Below are positions 40,607 through 54,959 of a stretch of DNA of 64,000 nt, one piece after another. Numbering within the stretch: position 1 is the stretch's first letter; each line of letters starts with the position of its first letter. The position numbers and the translations under genes were made by a program. Where the stretch lies: the NCBI GenBank assembly GCA_964016885.1, contig OZ024743.1, forward strand, positions 115,382,001 through 115,446,000, given 5' to 3'. Below the pieces are notes generated by a model that did not search any database, had not been told where the DNA came from, and saw only the letters and a program-made list of their open reading frames with translations. This DNA is from Eledone cirrhosa (lineage: Eukaryota).

Positions 40607-42355
40607 CGAGAGAGATAAATAGAGAGAGAGAGAGAGAGAAATTGAGAGCGGGTGTATATTGGTAGCAAATTATCAATGTTGCCAGTATATTTGTTTAGCT
40701 CTAAGTCAACACTAGTCGAAGAGAATTATGGTGCATGTATACCCATATGGGAATACCTCAATGACTTGTATATAGGGGATTACATTCTTCACTACATCTT
40801 CTTGAGTTAAGACAGTAGAATACGATTTCTGGGAGCTGTCTCAGTTAATTCTCGTAAAACGAGCGATGACATAATGCTTCTCTTGTTGGCCCGAAATGTT
40901 TTGTTGCTTAGCCCCAAATATAAAATGAACGCGATAATATATTATTTAATATGTTGCACTTATGAACATTCTATCTTTTGCTCTTCAGACAAATTATCGG
41001 GACAGTCAGATTTCTGAGAGTGAAGAAAGTATTGAGAAAATGAATTCCAGAATTTTCTTTTCTTCGTTAATTAACGACATGATGTGTTGTGCAGACGTGC
41101 CATTTCTGATTAGTAAAGGTCAACAAGCAATCATCCAGTGAGCCAATCAGCATGGAACTTTATTGTATATGTCAGTTCAGACTATAAGAAGCCACTCGTT
41201 GTGCGTGAGTGTGTGTAAGGAAGAAAGGTTGTGCTTCACTTCAGTGTTGTATATGTAGCCATAAAGTTTTGCATACTCCTACCTGACTTTTCTTTCCTCA
41301 TTAATAAGACATTCAGCAGTAAGATATAACGTACAATGTCTCCAAGTCTACATTATCCAATGTGTTCTTTTAATTCGAAGGTCAACCGTAATAGAACAAA
41401 AGTACCCATACCTTTTTAGTTTATTTTTCTTGCATAATGCATCTAAGACAATATTACTCTGTCTATTCTTTACGTTTTAAAATAACAGCTGATATGAGTA
41501 TCATGTCAAGTTATCTGCCTTCCTTTTCTTGATTTGAGTTAATCATAACAGACAATGGTCCTTTTCTCTTCAGTACGGGTTTAATGTTAGAAAGTTGCTT
41601 GTCTCTCTGCACTAAGTATGTTATCACAATTAACAACGCTAGTTACAACCGTTTGAAATTGTTTATTTTATTCTTGGAGGAAAGCCTAACAATTGCATGA
41701 GAGAGAGAGAGGGTTGGCATGAAGAGAGACATAGAGAAATAAATAAATGAGCAGGAGATAAAGGGAATTGAAATAGATTGTATATGTTAGTGGCGCGTAA
41801 GAGAACGGTGGATTTGCAGAAATGATATTTTTTCTGGATCTTTATATTCTGGGTTCAAATTCCGCGGTGATCAACGTTTCTGTTTCACCTTTCCTGTGCC
41901 GCAAGAAAATGTACCTGTCAAGTAAACAACTTTCAATTTCCTCAAACCTTGCTAGAATTAGAAATCGATATTAAGATAAACCTCTCTTTTCCCCTTTCCT
42001 TGGCGTTAATAGCCTTATTCGATCCTGGATAGATACGCACAACTAAGTCAAAAGAAGTGTAATTTTGTCTAACTCTGCTATAAATACATATCACAATATA
42101 TAACGTGCTACAACATGTGACATAGTAGTTAGGGTGATTAGCTCACGTGTGTAAACTCATAAATTCGATTTCTGGGTTAGACACATACTATTATGTTTCT
42201 CCGGTCTACTCAGTCGGTAAAAATGAGTTATACATTTGATTCAAAGGGGCAGATTTGTCACACAATGATCAAACTCTTCTCTTGTTCAGACGGCTGGAAC
42301 AATCATCTTGTAAACCGACGGTGGTCTAATACACAGACACACACACACACAGACA

Positions 42356-42396
<41 letters not shown>

Positions 42397-44128
42397 AAAC
42401 ACACACACACATATATATATATAATATACGTACAGTATAGATATAAATAAAGGCATATATAAATTAACAGTAAATTCCAACTGAGGTTGATTTAATCAAA
42501 TTTACCCTCCACCCAAATTTTCTGACATTTTCTCTAAATTAGAAATCAATATATTAGTGACGTCTTTCTGATGCCAACGACTACATGTAACCACTTTGTC
42601 CTTCATCTAGGTATATGTATGTTCCGAATCTTTTCAAATACTTTAATATATACTAGCGTACTGATATCTATGGTAATTACATTGCTGCAAAAGTGGTCAA
42701 GATTTATAAATTATTCAATTATTTGTCAATTCTAGATTTCATGTCGACTGCTAATAGCTTATTAAGGGACATTTACTGTTGTTAGAAATCCTAGCACCTG
42801 GAATAATTTAACTTTATGTTCATCGCTTAAGAAAATTTCTTGATAGTTTAAATCTAATATAAGAGCACATTTTAGGTCATTTTATAACACTTAGTCATGC
42901 TGTTGGTATAAGTACTATAAGGACGGCTTCATCTTATTATAAACCACTTAAATGACAGATTTATACATTATCAGGTTAGTGCTCTCGCACTGCTGCTGAT
43001 CATGATATTGTCATAGATATAGAGATTATTGTTACAATGGCTATTACACATTTCAGTATTTTACTGTTTCATTATCTATTATGTTCTACTGGAGCCAATA
43101 TCTAAAGTATACTGGTCATATTTGTCGTTGTCCAAACACTATGCTAATATGGAATACGTTATTTGCAAAGTCGAAGCGGCTATACCAACGGGAGCCGTAT
43201 ATTAATATCTCAAAATTGATTAACGTCTCTATTGAACAAGCCAATAACACACAGGTGTGATGGTGATGCAGGCAGTGGTTGAGATGGTGGTTGTAGTGGC
43301 TGTGGTGGTGAGTGTGGATGATTGTGGTGTTATAGCCGATGGCAACGAATCCCAGTACATCATTTGTTTATTTTATTTATATACTCAAACCCGGAGGAGA
43401 GAAAATAGAAAAAGGACTCTATCATGTTCTGTAGACTGAACGTAAAGAGAAGCAATACATTCTGAAGGACTTGTGTCCGATGAGTGATTGATTTTTCTAA
43501 ATAAATTATGATCCCTTACGTTAGTACAAGAAACCATATTGGTAAGGTAAAAGACACTTCATTTTTGATGGTGACGAAGGCATGTTTCTGGTATAGAAAG
43601 AGAGAGAGAGAGAGAGAGCGATGGAGGAGTGTGTATAAGAGTGGGAAATAATTAGTCACAGTAATGGACTGACGCCGGTGGGATTTGAACCCGGTAACAG
43701 TGAGCTGAAACAAATATCGAGTCACTTTTAATCCGACGTCCTAATGATTAGGCCAACTCACCGCCTTAGGCTACATAGTACTTATACTTTATTTGTCGAA
43801 ATGGAAAGAGAGATAACTAAATAAATAGTAAAGCATATTATTTATGGTTCCATAGTGATTCTGTCAGCATTCAAAATAAAATTGCAAAGAGAATAGTATT
43901 TTCTTACAAGCAGTCGGGGCAATTGATTCCAGTTCTTAGCTGATACATATCTACTTATTGTATCGATCTTTGAATTATGAAATGCAATGTAGATCTTGAT
44001 GGGATTTTAACTTAGAACATAAAGGATAGCGATTAAGGAACATAATGCATTTTGCTAACAACTAAACTAAATATACCAATTATGTCTGTCGTAATAGTTT
44101 CGTTATTTAAAGCATTGTTGTTTTAGTC

Positions 44129-44200
<72 letters not shown>

Positions 44201-44602
44201 TTGTTGTTTTTTGCAGCTGGTTATTATCATCTAATGGTCATTACGTTGTCATTGTTGTTATAGATTGGCGTAAAGCAGTTCTGTGGTATTCTTTGTCATT
44301 ATTGATCATGTTATTTCTATTAAAATCATTGCAGTTGTTTAAGAAATGCCGAAGAAGTTATAAGAACGGGTTTATGTATTTTATAACGCCTCTGCAAATG
44401 TTATGTCGGCGCCTGAACTTTGAAGATATAGAATTCCGTTAAAATATGGTGCTTAAATCTTTAATATTTTGCATACGACTTGAGATTTTGTGAGATTACA
44501 TTTGAAGTATGATCTCAAGCATATTGTGAAATTTTCTACAGACATCATGGAATCAATTTGTACTAGAAACACACGATTACGCACGCACACACACACACAC
44601 AC

Positions 44603-44662
<60 letters not shown>

Positions 44663-45436
44663 TGGCTATCTTCTTGGTTGGAATTTTACTGTCCATTTTA
44701 AGTAGCCGCCTGCCCGGTTAACAGCTGGTGAGAGACTAAATAATAATCACACTCTGCCTTGTCTGTGTTATCATCATTTGCAGTACAAACGTTCACCTTT
44801 TAAATTCTATTGGTTTGTGTATATTCAGTGTCCTAGATATGGAAACAACCTTTAGCATATGAATTATAGGGCTACATTTTTTCTCGAATAATGCAATTCT
44901 ATCCAAGCGACTATATACATGCACACACACACACGCACACACACACACACACATACACACACACACACACACGCGCGCGCACACACACACTCACACACAT
45001 AGACACATATATAGATATATATGTGTGTGTGTGTATGTGTGATGTGAGTGCGTGTGTGTGTCTGTTTGTGCGTGTGTGTATGTATGCATATAATTATGTA
45101 TGACGTCTATATAAGTGAGTAGTTGTTAGCATAACTTACATCGTATTCAAAATGAATCCTTTTTCCTGGGTTATGAAGTTATTATATGCTAGATCACATG
45201 TGAACCGTTGGGACACGTTCACTTAAATATAACTTTTTAAAATCATGTTCACTTGAAAATAATTTTGAAATAATCAAAATATATTCAGACATGTATATAA
45301 TGTAAAATGAAATCGGAAGGCCCATATTTCTATATATGTGTGTGTATATGTGTGAGTTTATGTAACTAACAGAATTATGTTCCTAACAGATACGAAGCAC
45401 TCGACAGGAAAAGATTTATCTGGAGTATTATAATAT

Positions 45437-45745
45437 TAGTAGTAATAAATGGAATATATATCACTATAGTATCATAATTTATTTCGTTATATATATTTCA
45501 GGGATACTAAGTTATAGTATGCCTTCTTCAGACAAAATACAATATTAGATGTATGAAATGTTATGTACCCATTATGTACCCTATTTCAATTGATCTTATG
45601 CGGTCTCATTTACGGGTGTCACATAACATTTTATACATCTAATGTTGTATTCCGTTTGAAGAAGGAATACTATAACTTAGTATCTCTGAAATATATATAA
45701 CGAAATAAATTATGATGGTATGGCGATATATATTCCATTTATTAC

Positions 45746-45748
<3 letters not shown>
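45437..45748. mobile_element. Fold-back insert with a hammerhead in each arm
   Basis: Arms 45437-45570 and 45614-45748. Confidence 0.85.
45480..45539 (-). ncRNA. Type I hammerhead (sister copy 45648-45707 +, C3 to U)
   Basis: UAUUUUGU-CUGAAGA-AGGCAUACUA uaacu UAGUAUCCCU-GAAA-UAUAUA-UA-ACGAAAUA. Confidence 0.85.
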
Positions 45749-45779
<31 letters not shown>

Positions 45780-45801
45780 GGGGAGGTATATACATATATA
45801 A

Positions 45802-45839
<38 letters not shown>

Positions 45840-45871
45840 TGGTCACAAGCAAACACACATACATACACACA

Positions 45872-46090
45872 CATTTCGTTTTTGAATTTGTTTTGCAAGA
45901 TTTCTTATCTGAAAACGTGTGGAAACATATATTGGTATACTTTGGGCGGGTGATGAAGCCCATAAAAACACACGCACCTGTGGCTTTAACTTCAATTTAT
46001 TATAAATTTCCGGGTGCTTCGTTTGTTCGACAACCGGGTGGTTGTTTATATATTGTCGAAGCTCATTCGTCACAGACAAATGTGATACAT
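45872..46090 (-). mobile_element. pLTR remnant, same family as 54219-54620
   Basis: Shared atttcgttt.tgaatttg...tcttatctgaaaacgtgt...cacgcacc...ggttgttt/catatattgtc. Confidence 0.75.
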
Positions 46091-46194
46091 AAATTCGACC
46101 TAGATACAGTAATGCTGTGTTCTATTCTTTGAAGACACGTGCCATGGTTTCATTCAACAACACCACCTGCTCTCTCTCCATTTTCCTCTCCTGT

Positions 46195-46256
<62 letters not shown>

Positions 46257-48879
46257 AATATACTCTCTCTCAACCACTATTTCTTTCTCTCAAACTTTCA
46301 TTCTCTCTATTTATGAACCCGTGCACCGATTTATGCTAAACTTGTTTTATTCAATTTGTATTTCCATTTCAGAGGCAAATCTTTTTCAAAGTATTTTACC
46401 ATCATGCGCTGTTTTGGCTGTATTAAATCACAGAGTTTTACTAGTGTATAGATATCATGTCACCAACGTTAATACATTGAGGTATATCCTTTTGTTTCTA
46501 TCAGTTTAAAGTTTGGTGTTTATTCATGGTGGGTCCTTCAACGCTCACATTTATCAAGAGCGTGACTGATGAAATAATTTCGATGCGAATAAATTGCAGT
46601 TTGTTCGCAGCAAACATTTACCTCGTGCATAATCTTAAGAATTAAAAGTAAAATTTATACAGAATAAATATAAAATTTTAGCAATATTATTTGGAGCAGT
46701 TGCTTGATTACAGGAAGTTATATTGTAGAATTTAAAGAATTTTGCTTCACATTCACTAGGATCCAGAATCTTGCGCAGTGTGATTTACCATAGCTTTGGA
46801 TTGACCCAAACCGTGTGAGTGAAATTAGATAGACGGAGATAGTATGGAAAGCCGACCAATGGAGTGTACTTGCTCTTCAAAGACTTATCGCTCACTCTTC
46901 CACGCTAAAACTCACTGAAAACTATATGTCTGTGGAATGTTCAGCCATTAATTTCATGAGTAGGTACTTTTGTAGTTCAAATAACTGGAACACTCACCCT
47001 CAAAACTAACCGAGGAGAACTCTATTGCAATTTTACATCTTTATTTATAATATGGCCCTTTACGTTCTGAGTTCAAATCCCGCAGAGGTTAACTTTGTCT
47101 TTCATCCTTACGCTGTCGATAAAATAAAGTACCAGTAATGCACTGGGATAATTGCTGGCCTTGTGCCAAAAGTAGAAACAATTATCTACAATAATACTTT
47201 AGAACTGCCAACTCTAGTACAATTGGATTTCCCCTTCCCTACCCATATATATCAGTTATGAAGGCACGTGGCTTAGTGATTACAGAGTTCCAATCACGAT
47301 CATACAGGCATGTGTTCTATTTTAGGCAGCACGTTGTGTCATTGGGCAATACACTATATTTCGCTTTCCTACAGTCCAATGAACAGTCAAAAGTAAATTG
47401 TACTTGTAATTTAAAGGACAACCTTTATCCCACATTTTGTTACGCTTAATCTCTCTGAGACATGCGTTAGGGTTACACGTGTGTTAGCAATGCTCAAACA
47501 TTTGCACATTAATTTCAGCAGCAGGTATGTCCGTTGAACAAACAACTGGAACACTAGGCGTTAGAAAAGAAGGAGATCCTGCAATAACAAGACATCTTAT
47601 CACCTGCCATCCAAAGAAAAAAAAACACCTGTAAATTTACCAGTGAAATATACCTATATAAATCACACCTTACAGTCTTAAAAACAAACTTTATATTAGA
47701 TAACGAATGGAAAAGTATGATAATTATCAATAATATTTAAAATAGACAACAATGGCACGACAATGGCACGACTATTTGAACATAATTCAACTAGATTAGA
47801 GCCAACTTAGTGCCAAAGAAAAACATCAATATATATCACCTGCATGACTAAAGAAAAAGGATATCAAACATACACACAAATATACAGATATTTACTAATG
47901 ACTTTTACTTGCAAATTTTAACCGGTGCTCCCACACCCCCATATTAAATGTTAAAAGCTGTGCAGGCGAAGACAGTGACAGCGAAGTGTCAAATCCAGGG
48001 ACATTATCCAATATATGTGATTGAATACGAAGTAATGAAAATTATTCTGAGAATACGAAACTTAATCAAAATGGCAATCAGTAAATCTATTCAGAGAAAC
48101 TGCTTAATTATCGTAAAATCAAACAAAGTATTAAGAATTTATCAAGAGATTATACATAATGTTGTGGTGTGATTAGATGAAATGTCGATATATTAGACGG
48201 AAATTTAAATACCTCGTCGATGTAAGTATGATAAAAGTAAAAACACAAGCCACACAATCAATTACAGCCATCCATCTGTCACTTTCTGAGTAATGTCTCT
48301 CTCATACACACTCTTTTTCTGTTTTGCTCTCTCACCTACTCTCGCTCTATTTGTTTGCTATTTCTATACCTAAAACATGTCACACAGAGAGGGGAAGAGA
48401 GGGAGAGAGAGAAACGCAAAATTATACCATGTCAAATTCAACACCTTATGAGAATAATAATGATAATTTCGTAATTGGCCATAAGGGCCGACATATAGGG
48501 TACAATACGAAACACAGGGACAGTGGGGTTTACAAGAAGCCAAGCGAGCTTAAAATATATGACAAATAACAAATAATATAATTGTAACAAATAAAAAGTC
48601 CCCACTATGGAGAATACTAACCAGGGATGATTTAGGAACAAGCCTACGAATATTAAGCATCCTAGCAGCGATCACTTCTCATCTGCAAACTCTACAGCTT
48701 ATAGGAACATGGTCAAAGTAAGCCTTTACACACCGGCTATTCTCGCTAAATTCACCTACCTTTTAAAATATTTACTTGGATGCAGAACATCCCTTTCCAA
48801 CCTCATCTTCCTTTCAAAGTGGAACTTCAAAGTTGATAATGGAATGACCGAAGAAGAAAGTTAATGCTTTCAGTACATT

Positions 48880-49712
48880 CAGCAGCGTGTACAACATAAT
48901 CACTTTCGCTACAGCCACCAGACCAGGAAAAATTGCTTTCCTTTCCTGGCAGTCAGCGATCTTCAGTATGGACTTGGCCGATAGCCGGTTTCGTCCTATA
49001 TGCTATTTCGACAAAGCTTCACAAGTCTCTAATACACTCACACAGGACGAATGCATGCATAATAGTTTGATCCCTCTGCGTGCACCTCGGACTGGCTCGT
49101 TTTACCGCTGTAACGTTTTACCGTCAGTCAGGCCATGGATATCTGGACGTTATTCATAGTCTCCGGCGTGAAAGTTCTTCGGAATAGATTGGTCAGTTTC
49201 ATTCCGCCGATGACCAGAGCTTCTTCGACAACTTTGTCGCACTTACCCAACTCTATTTCTCAATAAAACACTAGAGTGGAATTTTCACTGAATGCAGTGC
49301 CTGACTGATACAGGGCTGTGAGCGCTTGGCAACATTCCAGAGACCAGACGCCCAGTCTCGGTCTTCTCTTGAACCATGACTGCAGCTCGGTCAAAGAGAC
49401 GAACTGTGTAAAAATAACTTGTCTCACAAACGAAACCAACACCTGTTCACCAGGAATATTTGGAGATGCTGTAGTCTCAGTAAAACTGACTGCGTCGAGG
49501 CACCTCTGGTCGACTCCATCCAAAGCTTTCATTGATTCGAATTGATCCGGGCCTCATCGAAGCCAGGTTTACGCCCTACCTTCTCTATGATCTATCGCAT
49601 GAGCTGGAGGTTGTCGTAGATGAAACAGGTCGGGATTATGCACTTATACGTTTCCCCAAGCTGGCTTTCGACGACAAACGCCAGACTGGTTGCTAGCACC
49701 TTGGCCAATAAG
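48880..49712 (-). mobile_element. L1/Tx1-like LINE remnant
   Basis: Minus-strand translation LLAKVLA..IYDNLQLMR..KALDGVDQ matches the RT N-terminal motifs KILAKVLA, DNL and KAFDRVD. A downstream QTIMHAFVLCE resembles the zinc knuckle. Confidence 0.6.
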
Positions 49713-51085
49713 TTAAGTAAATTAATGAACAAGACCTGTAGTTCGTTGTAACTTTTAAATTATGACCAAATATATATTTCAACGGCTGTGAAGTTTCGAT
49801 TATAAGGATGCATTTAATTAAATTGCATCATGCTATATTAATCAGTGTGTCTCGGAGTATAGTTCTTGTTAAATTAATTTAGATTAATTTATTCAGTCAC
49901 TACAATCACATCAAGTTTCGCACTGAACATTTACCTATCATTTCTATCCACAGTTCAAGCTTTCATAGCCAAATATTCAAACAGAACCTCACTCATTTCA
50001 ATCAAACAAGTTTACAACTTCCGGCATTTACACTTACATTTCCATTCATTAAATATTACAAAAGATGTCAATGAGAAGTAAATATTCTTTATAACTAGGT
50101 GGGGAGTATAATGGTAGATAACGAAGATTGTCTAAAAACACAACATTGTTTTGTTTACTCTGTCTAGTTTCCAAATATAAATCCTATCTAGGATGTTTCC
50201 AATCATCATTGCTAGTGTGTCAACAAAAACATTCTTAGACACGACGATCTGATACTAATCGATTGTGTGCTCTGCAAACTATTGGAATTTTGCCTATGTA
50301 AATAATCAATATTTCTGAAATCGTCACGTACATCTATGTTAAAGGCAAATAGTGTAACAAGAATTTACATCCCATCAGCCTAAAGTCTGCAATGTTAGGT
50401 CCACGACCGCACGCACCTCGACCTTTACTTTATATCTTTTCTTCCATTTAGAAATGCCAAAATAGAATAGCAAAATACTCACACGAATCTGCTTTATTTG
50501 CGTCATCTAAACGAAAGGCTATGAAATTCTTAAATTAACGATCGATTTATGCATATCCTGTTTTAAATTTAGTACTATTTAATTATTCAGGAAGTTATTC
50601 ATGTATTGTTAGTTATCTATCACGTACTATTACAAGTATATAAGATGCCGAAGTAAAGTCAGGGAATCAGTTCGAAAATATTGAAAATACTAATAAAGGT
50701 CAAATTTATGAACGCTGTTTAGCAGAATGTACATGAAAAACTACTGTATGTGATTAGTATAAAGATATTGAATCCTAATCTAGAAGAGCTCTATTTATTT
50801 ATGAGTTAGATGTCAAATATTTTTTCAAAAATTCATATGATGATCACGTTTGCTTTCTTTTTCATTTCTTTCTCACAATGTATTTTCATCTGCCCATTAC
50901 ATATTTATGGTATTTACAGGACTCGTGTTAAAACTATTTTCAAATGTTGCAAGTTAACAACAAATCTGTGTGAATTTGGAAGTTATTGTTCGGGGCTCCC
51001 TTTTGGCTATATCAGCCTTTATCGAGCAAACCAATGACAAAGGTCTACCAAGAATAAACAACTAATACATGCACACATATCGCTT

Positions 51086-51118
<33 letters not shown>

Positions 51119-51123
<5 letters not shown>

Positions 51124-51820
51124 ACTTTTTGTATTTCTAAAGAAATGCGATATGCTTATAAATAAACATTTAGAAAACAATATCTATGAATAACACTGGC
51201 AGCCAACGCCCCCAAGCGGTGTTTGGCAGAAGCGAGGGGGACAATCGTCGATGCATTTCGAACTCAACTGGTTCTCGTCAGGAAGATCCCTCCCGCACTT
51301 GCAACTACCGGGTATTGAAAAAAGGCAAAAATATATAGTTTTTTACGTTTGTGTAAATGAGGTGATTAATCTCATTTGCGTATGAAGCTGCATAAGTTGG
51401 TTTCGCCTATTTTCAAAGTCTTGCAATTGCAAGAGCAGGATGGATCGTCCTGACGAGAACCAGTTGTGTTCGAAATGCAACGACGATTGTCCCCCTTGCT
51501 TCTGCCGAACAACGCTTGGTGGCGTTGGCAGTCAGTGTTATTCATAGCTATGCCTTTCTAAATGCTTATTTATAAACATAGCGTGTTTCTTTAGAAATAC
51601 GAAATTCAAATACTTGTTTGCAGACAGATATAATTGAAGGTAAATACTAATTCTATTTAAGTTGAGCCAACTTAACATTTGATTAGTATAATATTTTTGG
51701 AGATTTGTTTCAACTCATGTATTTATATGTAGTATAGGTACGATTTATTTTCAGTTGGCCCAGAGTTAATGCATGTTTTTTGCCAGACCACGTGGGATAA
51801 CCTGAAAATACACAAACACA
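51119..51820 (+). mobile_element. Fold-back insert with a canonical hammerhead in each arm
   Basis: Arms 51119-51303 and 51427-51612, then a tail and (AT)n. Confidence 0.85.
51243..51288 (-). ncRNA. Minimal type I hammerhead (sister copy 51444-51487 +)
   Basis: AUC(U/G)UC-CUGACGA-GAAC caguuga GUUC-GAAA-UGCA-UC-GACGAU. Confidence 0.9.
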
Positions 51821-51835
51821 CAAGTATATATATAT

Positions 51836-52140
51836 ATGAGAAAATGAATGAAATATAGATATACACACAAAAGTGTGCATTAAGATATATCAAAACTTAA
51901 ACTAAAGACAATCCGCGCTGAATGTAAGATTACATAATTCGTCAACGAATTATGTAATCTTACATTCAGTGCAGATTCTCTATAGTTTAAGTTTTGATAT
52001 ATCTTAATGTTTATATGTATATTTCATTCACTTTCTCATAATGATTAAAACTTTATTCGCGGAATTCTATCTTGACCCTTTTTGGGGGAAACAAGACATG
52101 TTTGATTTTGTATCATTCATTACATTTTTACTTTGAATGT
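51836..52140. repeat. Fold-back insert between (AT)n tracts
   Basis: Palindrome 51836-52040 centred near 51943. Confidence 0.8.
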
Positions 52141-52331
52141 AATAATATATATATATATATTGAGTGTATCGTGCAGTAGGTTTACGTGAGTGGGCACTCG
52201 ATGCGTAGTTTCCCGTTATATTCGGGCCAGATAGATACAGATCAAATCATGAGCTGATCAATAACGAAACGCGCGTTATACTTCAATAAACGTAATGAAG
52301 ACATAACAAATCGTCCTATTATTATTACGAG

Positions 52332-52366
52332 TAGAAAAACCGCTCGAAGGGCGGTTTTCTGCTAGC
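52332..52366 (+). mobile_element. Possible Helitron-like 3' terminus
   Basis: Hairpin aaaaccgc tcgaagg gcggtttt immediately followed by CTGCTAG. Confidence 0.3.
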
Positions 52367-52499
52367 ATATGTAGTGCGTGTATGGGGTTTACATGCATAT
52401 ATATATGCTTATAGATATGATATGTAAATTGAAAAGTAAATTGACAATATCTTTTTCTTAATCCTCTTATTTCTTTAAGGTAGTGGAGGCAGAGTTCTC

Positions 52500-53090
52500 C
52501 TCAAACACTGCTTACAGTTACTCAGTCAGAAGCAAACTTCTCTAACTGATCCAGCTGGATTCCAAAGCGTGACCATGTTCATGGATGTTATCTCACTATC
52601 TTCCTCGGGGTCTACCTCTGGGTCTCTTGTTGGTTGGTTTTGCCAGTAAGATTTGTCCAGCGATTCTTTCCTGAGAGATGCTAATTATACGTCCATAGTA
52701 TCGGAGCTGTGATCTCTCAATCCGGAGAAGTAGCGGCTCTACCAAGAGGGACTCTCTGATCTCTGAGCTATGCTCTTTATCGAGTATTGTTACTCCAAAG
52801 ACCCTTCTGTAGAACCCCATTTTTTACCTTTATATTTGAAATTGAATTCTTTCGGTCATTACCCTCAGTAAGAGTTAGCAGAAATACCAGGAAGACATCG
52901 AGTTTGGCTTTTACACCTACCTCCCTTCTTCTGATTACTGAATGCTGCACATAGGGGCATTACTGAATCAGCTTTTGCAATTCTTGCACTTTATTCAGCC
53001 TCGTGCCTTCCATCACTCATGATACCTCAACTTCTCCAGCTGCTTCAGTCGAATTCTACTCACATGTATATAAATTTGAGCGACTTCTGC
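52500..53090 (-). mobile_element. RTE-clade LINE 3' remnant
   Basis: GFYRRVFGVTILDKEHSSEIRESLLVEPLLLRIERSQLRYYG..KRPRGRPRGR. Confidence 0.8.
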
Positions 53091-53230
53091 CCATGCGTCC
53101 GTCACAAAATGTGTGTATGTGTTTGTGTTAATGTATGTGTGTGGAAAATGAAGGAACGGGATACACAAATACATGTCTCTAATTTATAAACGTTTACACG
53201 TACACATATATATGACACACACACACACAC

Positions 53231-53287
<57 letters not shown>

Positions 53288-53354
53288 CACGCGTATCTAT
53301 TTAAAGTATGCCGACAAACTCACGCGCGCGCACATACACACACTGTTCTATTAC

Positions 53355-53775
53355 CACTGAAGAGCTTTGATCCGGGCAAACATCCCCTCAATTTTGAAAC
53401 CGCCTGGGTTGTCCAGAATTGATGGGAAATGACCTGACGGTCTTACTCTGTGATCCTGCTCAAGGGGCAGAGGCCTTGTCTGGGACATCACAGTTAGTGA
53501 CTCTTTTGCTTCTTCACACATCCTGGATGCAGCAGTAAGGGCGAGATCCACAACATCCACAGCTGAACAGAACACAATCCTAAAATACCATGATCTGTTG
53601 GCTAACTACATTTTCCAGCCTGTGGCGTTCGAGACGTTTGTGGAAGTTGTGCTACTGACTGCGAGTTTCTGATCTTCAATGGCGGCTCGCCTAACAGAGG
53701 TAACTGGTGAAGCTCGTGAAGGCGCTTGGTTGTTCCAGTACCTCAGCCACGAGGTAATGCTGCGAGTGTACTGGC
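53355..53775 (+). mobile_element. CRE-like non-LTR retrotransposon remnant (restriction-like endonuclease)
   Basis: Plus-strand translation ALIRANIPSILKPPGLSRIDGK*PDGLTL..GRGLVWDITVSDSFA..AE..KY..YIFQPVAFETF. Confidence 0.75.
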
Positions 53776-53862
53776 TTGCTTCAAAAATTATTAGAGAGGT
53801 TTCCTAGTGCCCCCCCCCCCCTCCCGGTATTATCTTTTGCTCTGGATTTGTCCATCCCTTCG

Positions 53863-54070
53863 GCCTGCCTTTTGTTGTATCTGGTCCTAGATGTATGTAT
53901 TACCTGCTTGTCTTTTGGATGTGGCCCTAGATGTGTTTATCACCTACTTGTGTGTTGTATGTGGCTCTAGATATGTGTATTACCTACTTGTGTGTTGTAT
54001 GTGGTCCTAGATGTGTGTATTAACTATTTGTATGTTGTATGTGATCATAGATGGGTGTATTACCTGCTTG
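53863..54070. repeat. 40-bp minisatellite, ~5 copies
   Basis: Unit tacct(a/g)cttgtgtgttgtatgtggtcctagatgtgtgtat starts at 53901, 53941, 53981 and 54021. Confidence 0.9.
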
Positions 54071-54218
54071 TAATGTATGTATATGCACATACACACACAC
54101 GTACACATACGCGAACATATACACATACGCACACATATACATGTCAGCGCGCTGAAAAACATCCTAATCTCTTCAATTCTCCCCCCTCTCTTTCTCAATA
54201 TATATATATATATATATA

Positions 54219-54620
54219 TATTGTTATGCTTTGGGAGGGTCATATTGCCAATACGAAGCACACGCACCAGATGCTTTCACTCAAATTTATTATAAATAAA
54301 ATTTATAAATTTAAGAATTTATAAATGTCCGGTTGGTTGGTTGGTTCTATAACCAGGCGGTTGTTCATATATTGTCAAAGTTCTTTCGTCACACATTATC
54401 TGACCTCTTCAGTAACTGGGGATTCTTTTCTTTGTTTTGTGCCTCTCCTTTGTTCTGTCCTACGCCATCTTGTTTTTTCACCAGATGGATAATAAATTGG
54501 AGTGAAAGCAACTGGTGCGTGTGTTTCTTATTGGCAACATGACCCTCCAAAGCATAACAATATTGGTTTCAACACACGTTTTCAGATAAAGAATCTTGCT
54601 AAACAAATTCAGAAACGAAA
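54219..54620. mobile_element. Fold-back pLTR remnant with hammerhead-like motif (54374-54416 -)
   Basis: Arms 54219-54293 and 54489-54563. Motif GUUA-CUGAAGA-G-GUCA..UGAC-GAAA-GAAC-UU-UGAC. Confidence 0.8.
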
Positions 54621-54959
54621 TATATATATATATATATATATAGTAACAATAGTAAATTTGAAGACTAAACTCCAAAGTGGGCTCGATAAGGATAAATATA
54701 TATCAAATATATAAGAGCCGTAGAGCAAATATTTATTAAAATAACAGGTCAAAGTTTAAGCAAAGAATCGCTACTTTCACCCTTAACGAGATCTTCTGAA
54801 ACTAAAAAAACAATCTGTGAACGCAGAAGTAAATATTTCGAAAAACGTGGCAACCGAAGGAAGAAAGGAAGACGACACTTTGCTTCGTGGTGACGTTTCT
54901 GGCAAAGAGCGGAAATAATATGGAGTACTGATGAATCTTTTCTATCTTGAAGCTCTCGC

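Noticed and set aside
52250-52280. CUGAUCA..GAAACGCGCGUU as a hammerhead
   Set aside because: No stem I or stem II can be formed.
53863-54070. CRISPR-like array
   Set aside because: The 40-bp units are contiguous with no unique spacers, in a eukaryotic context.
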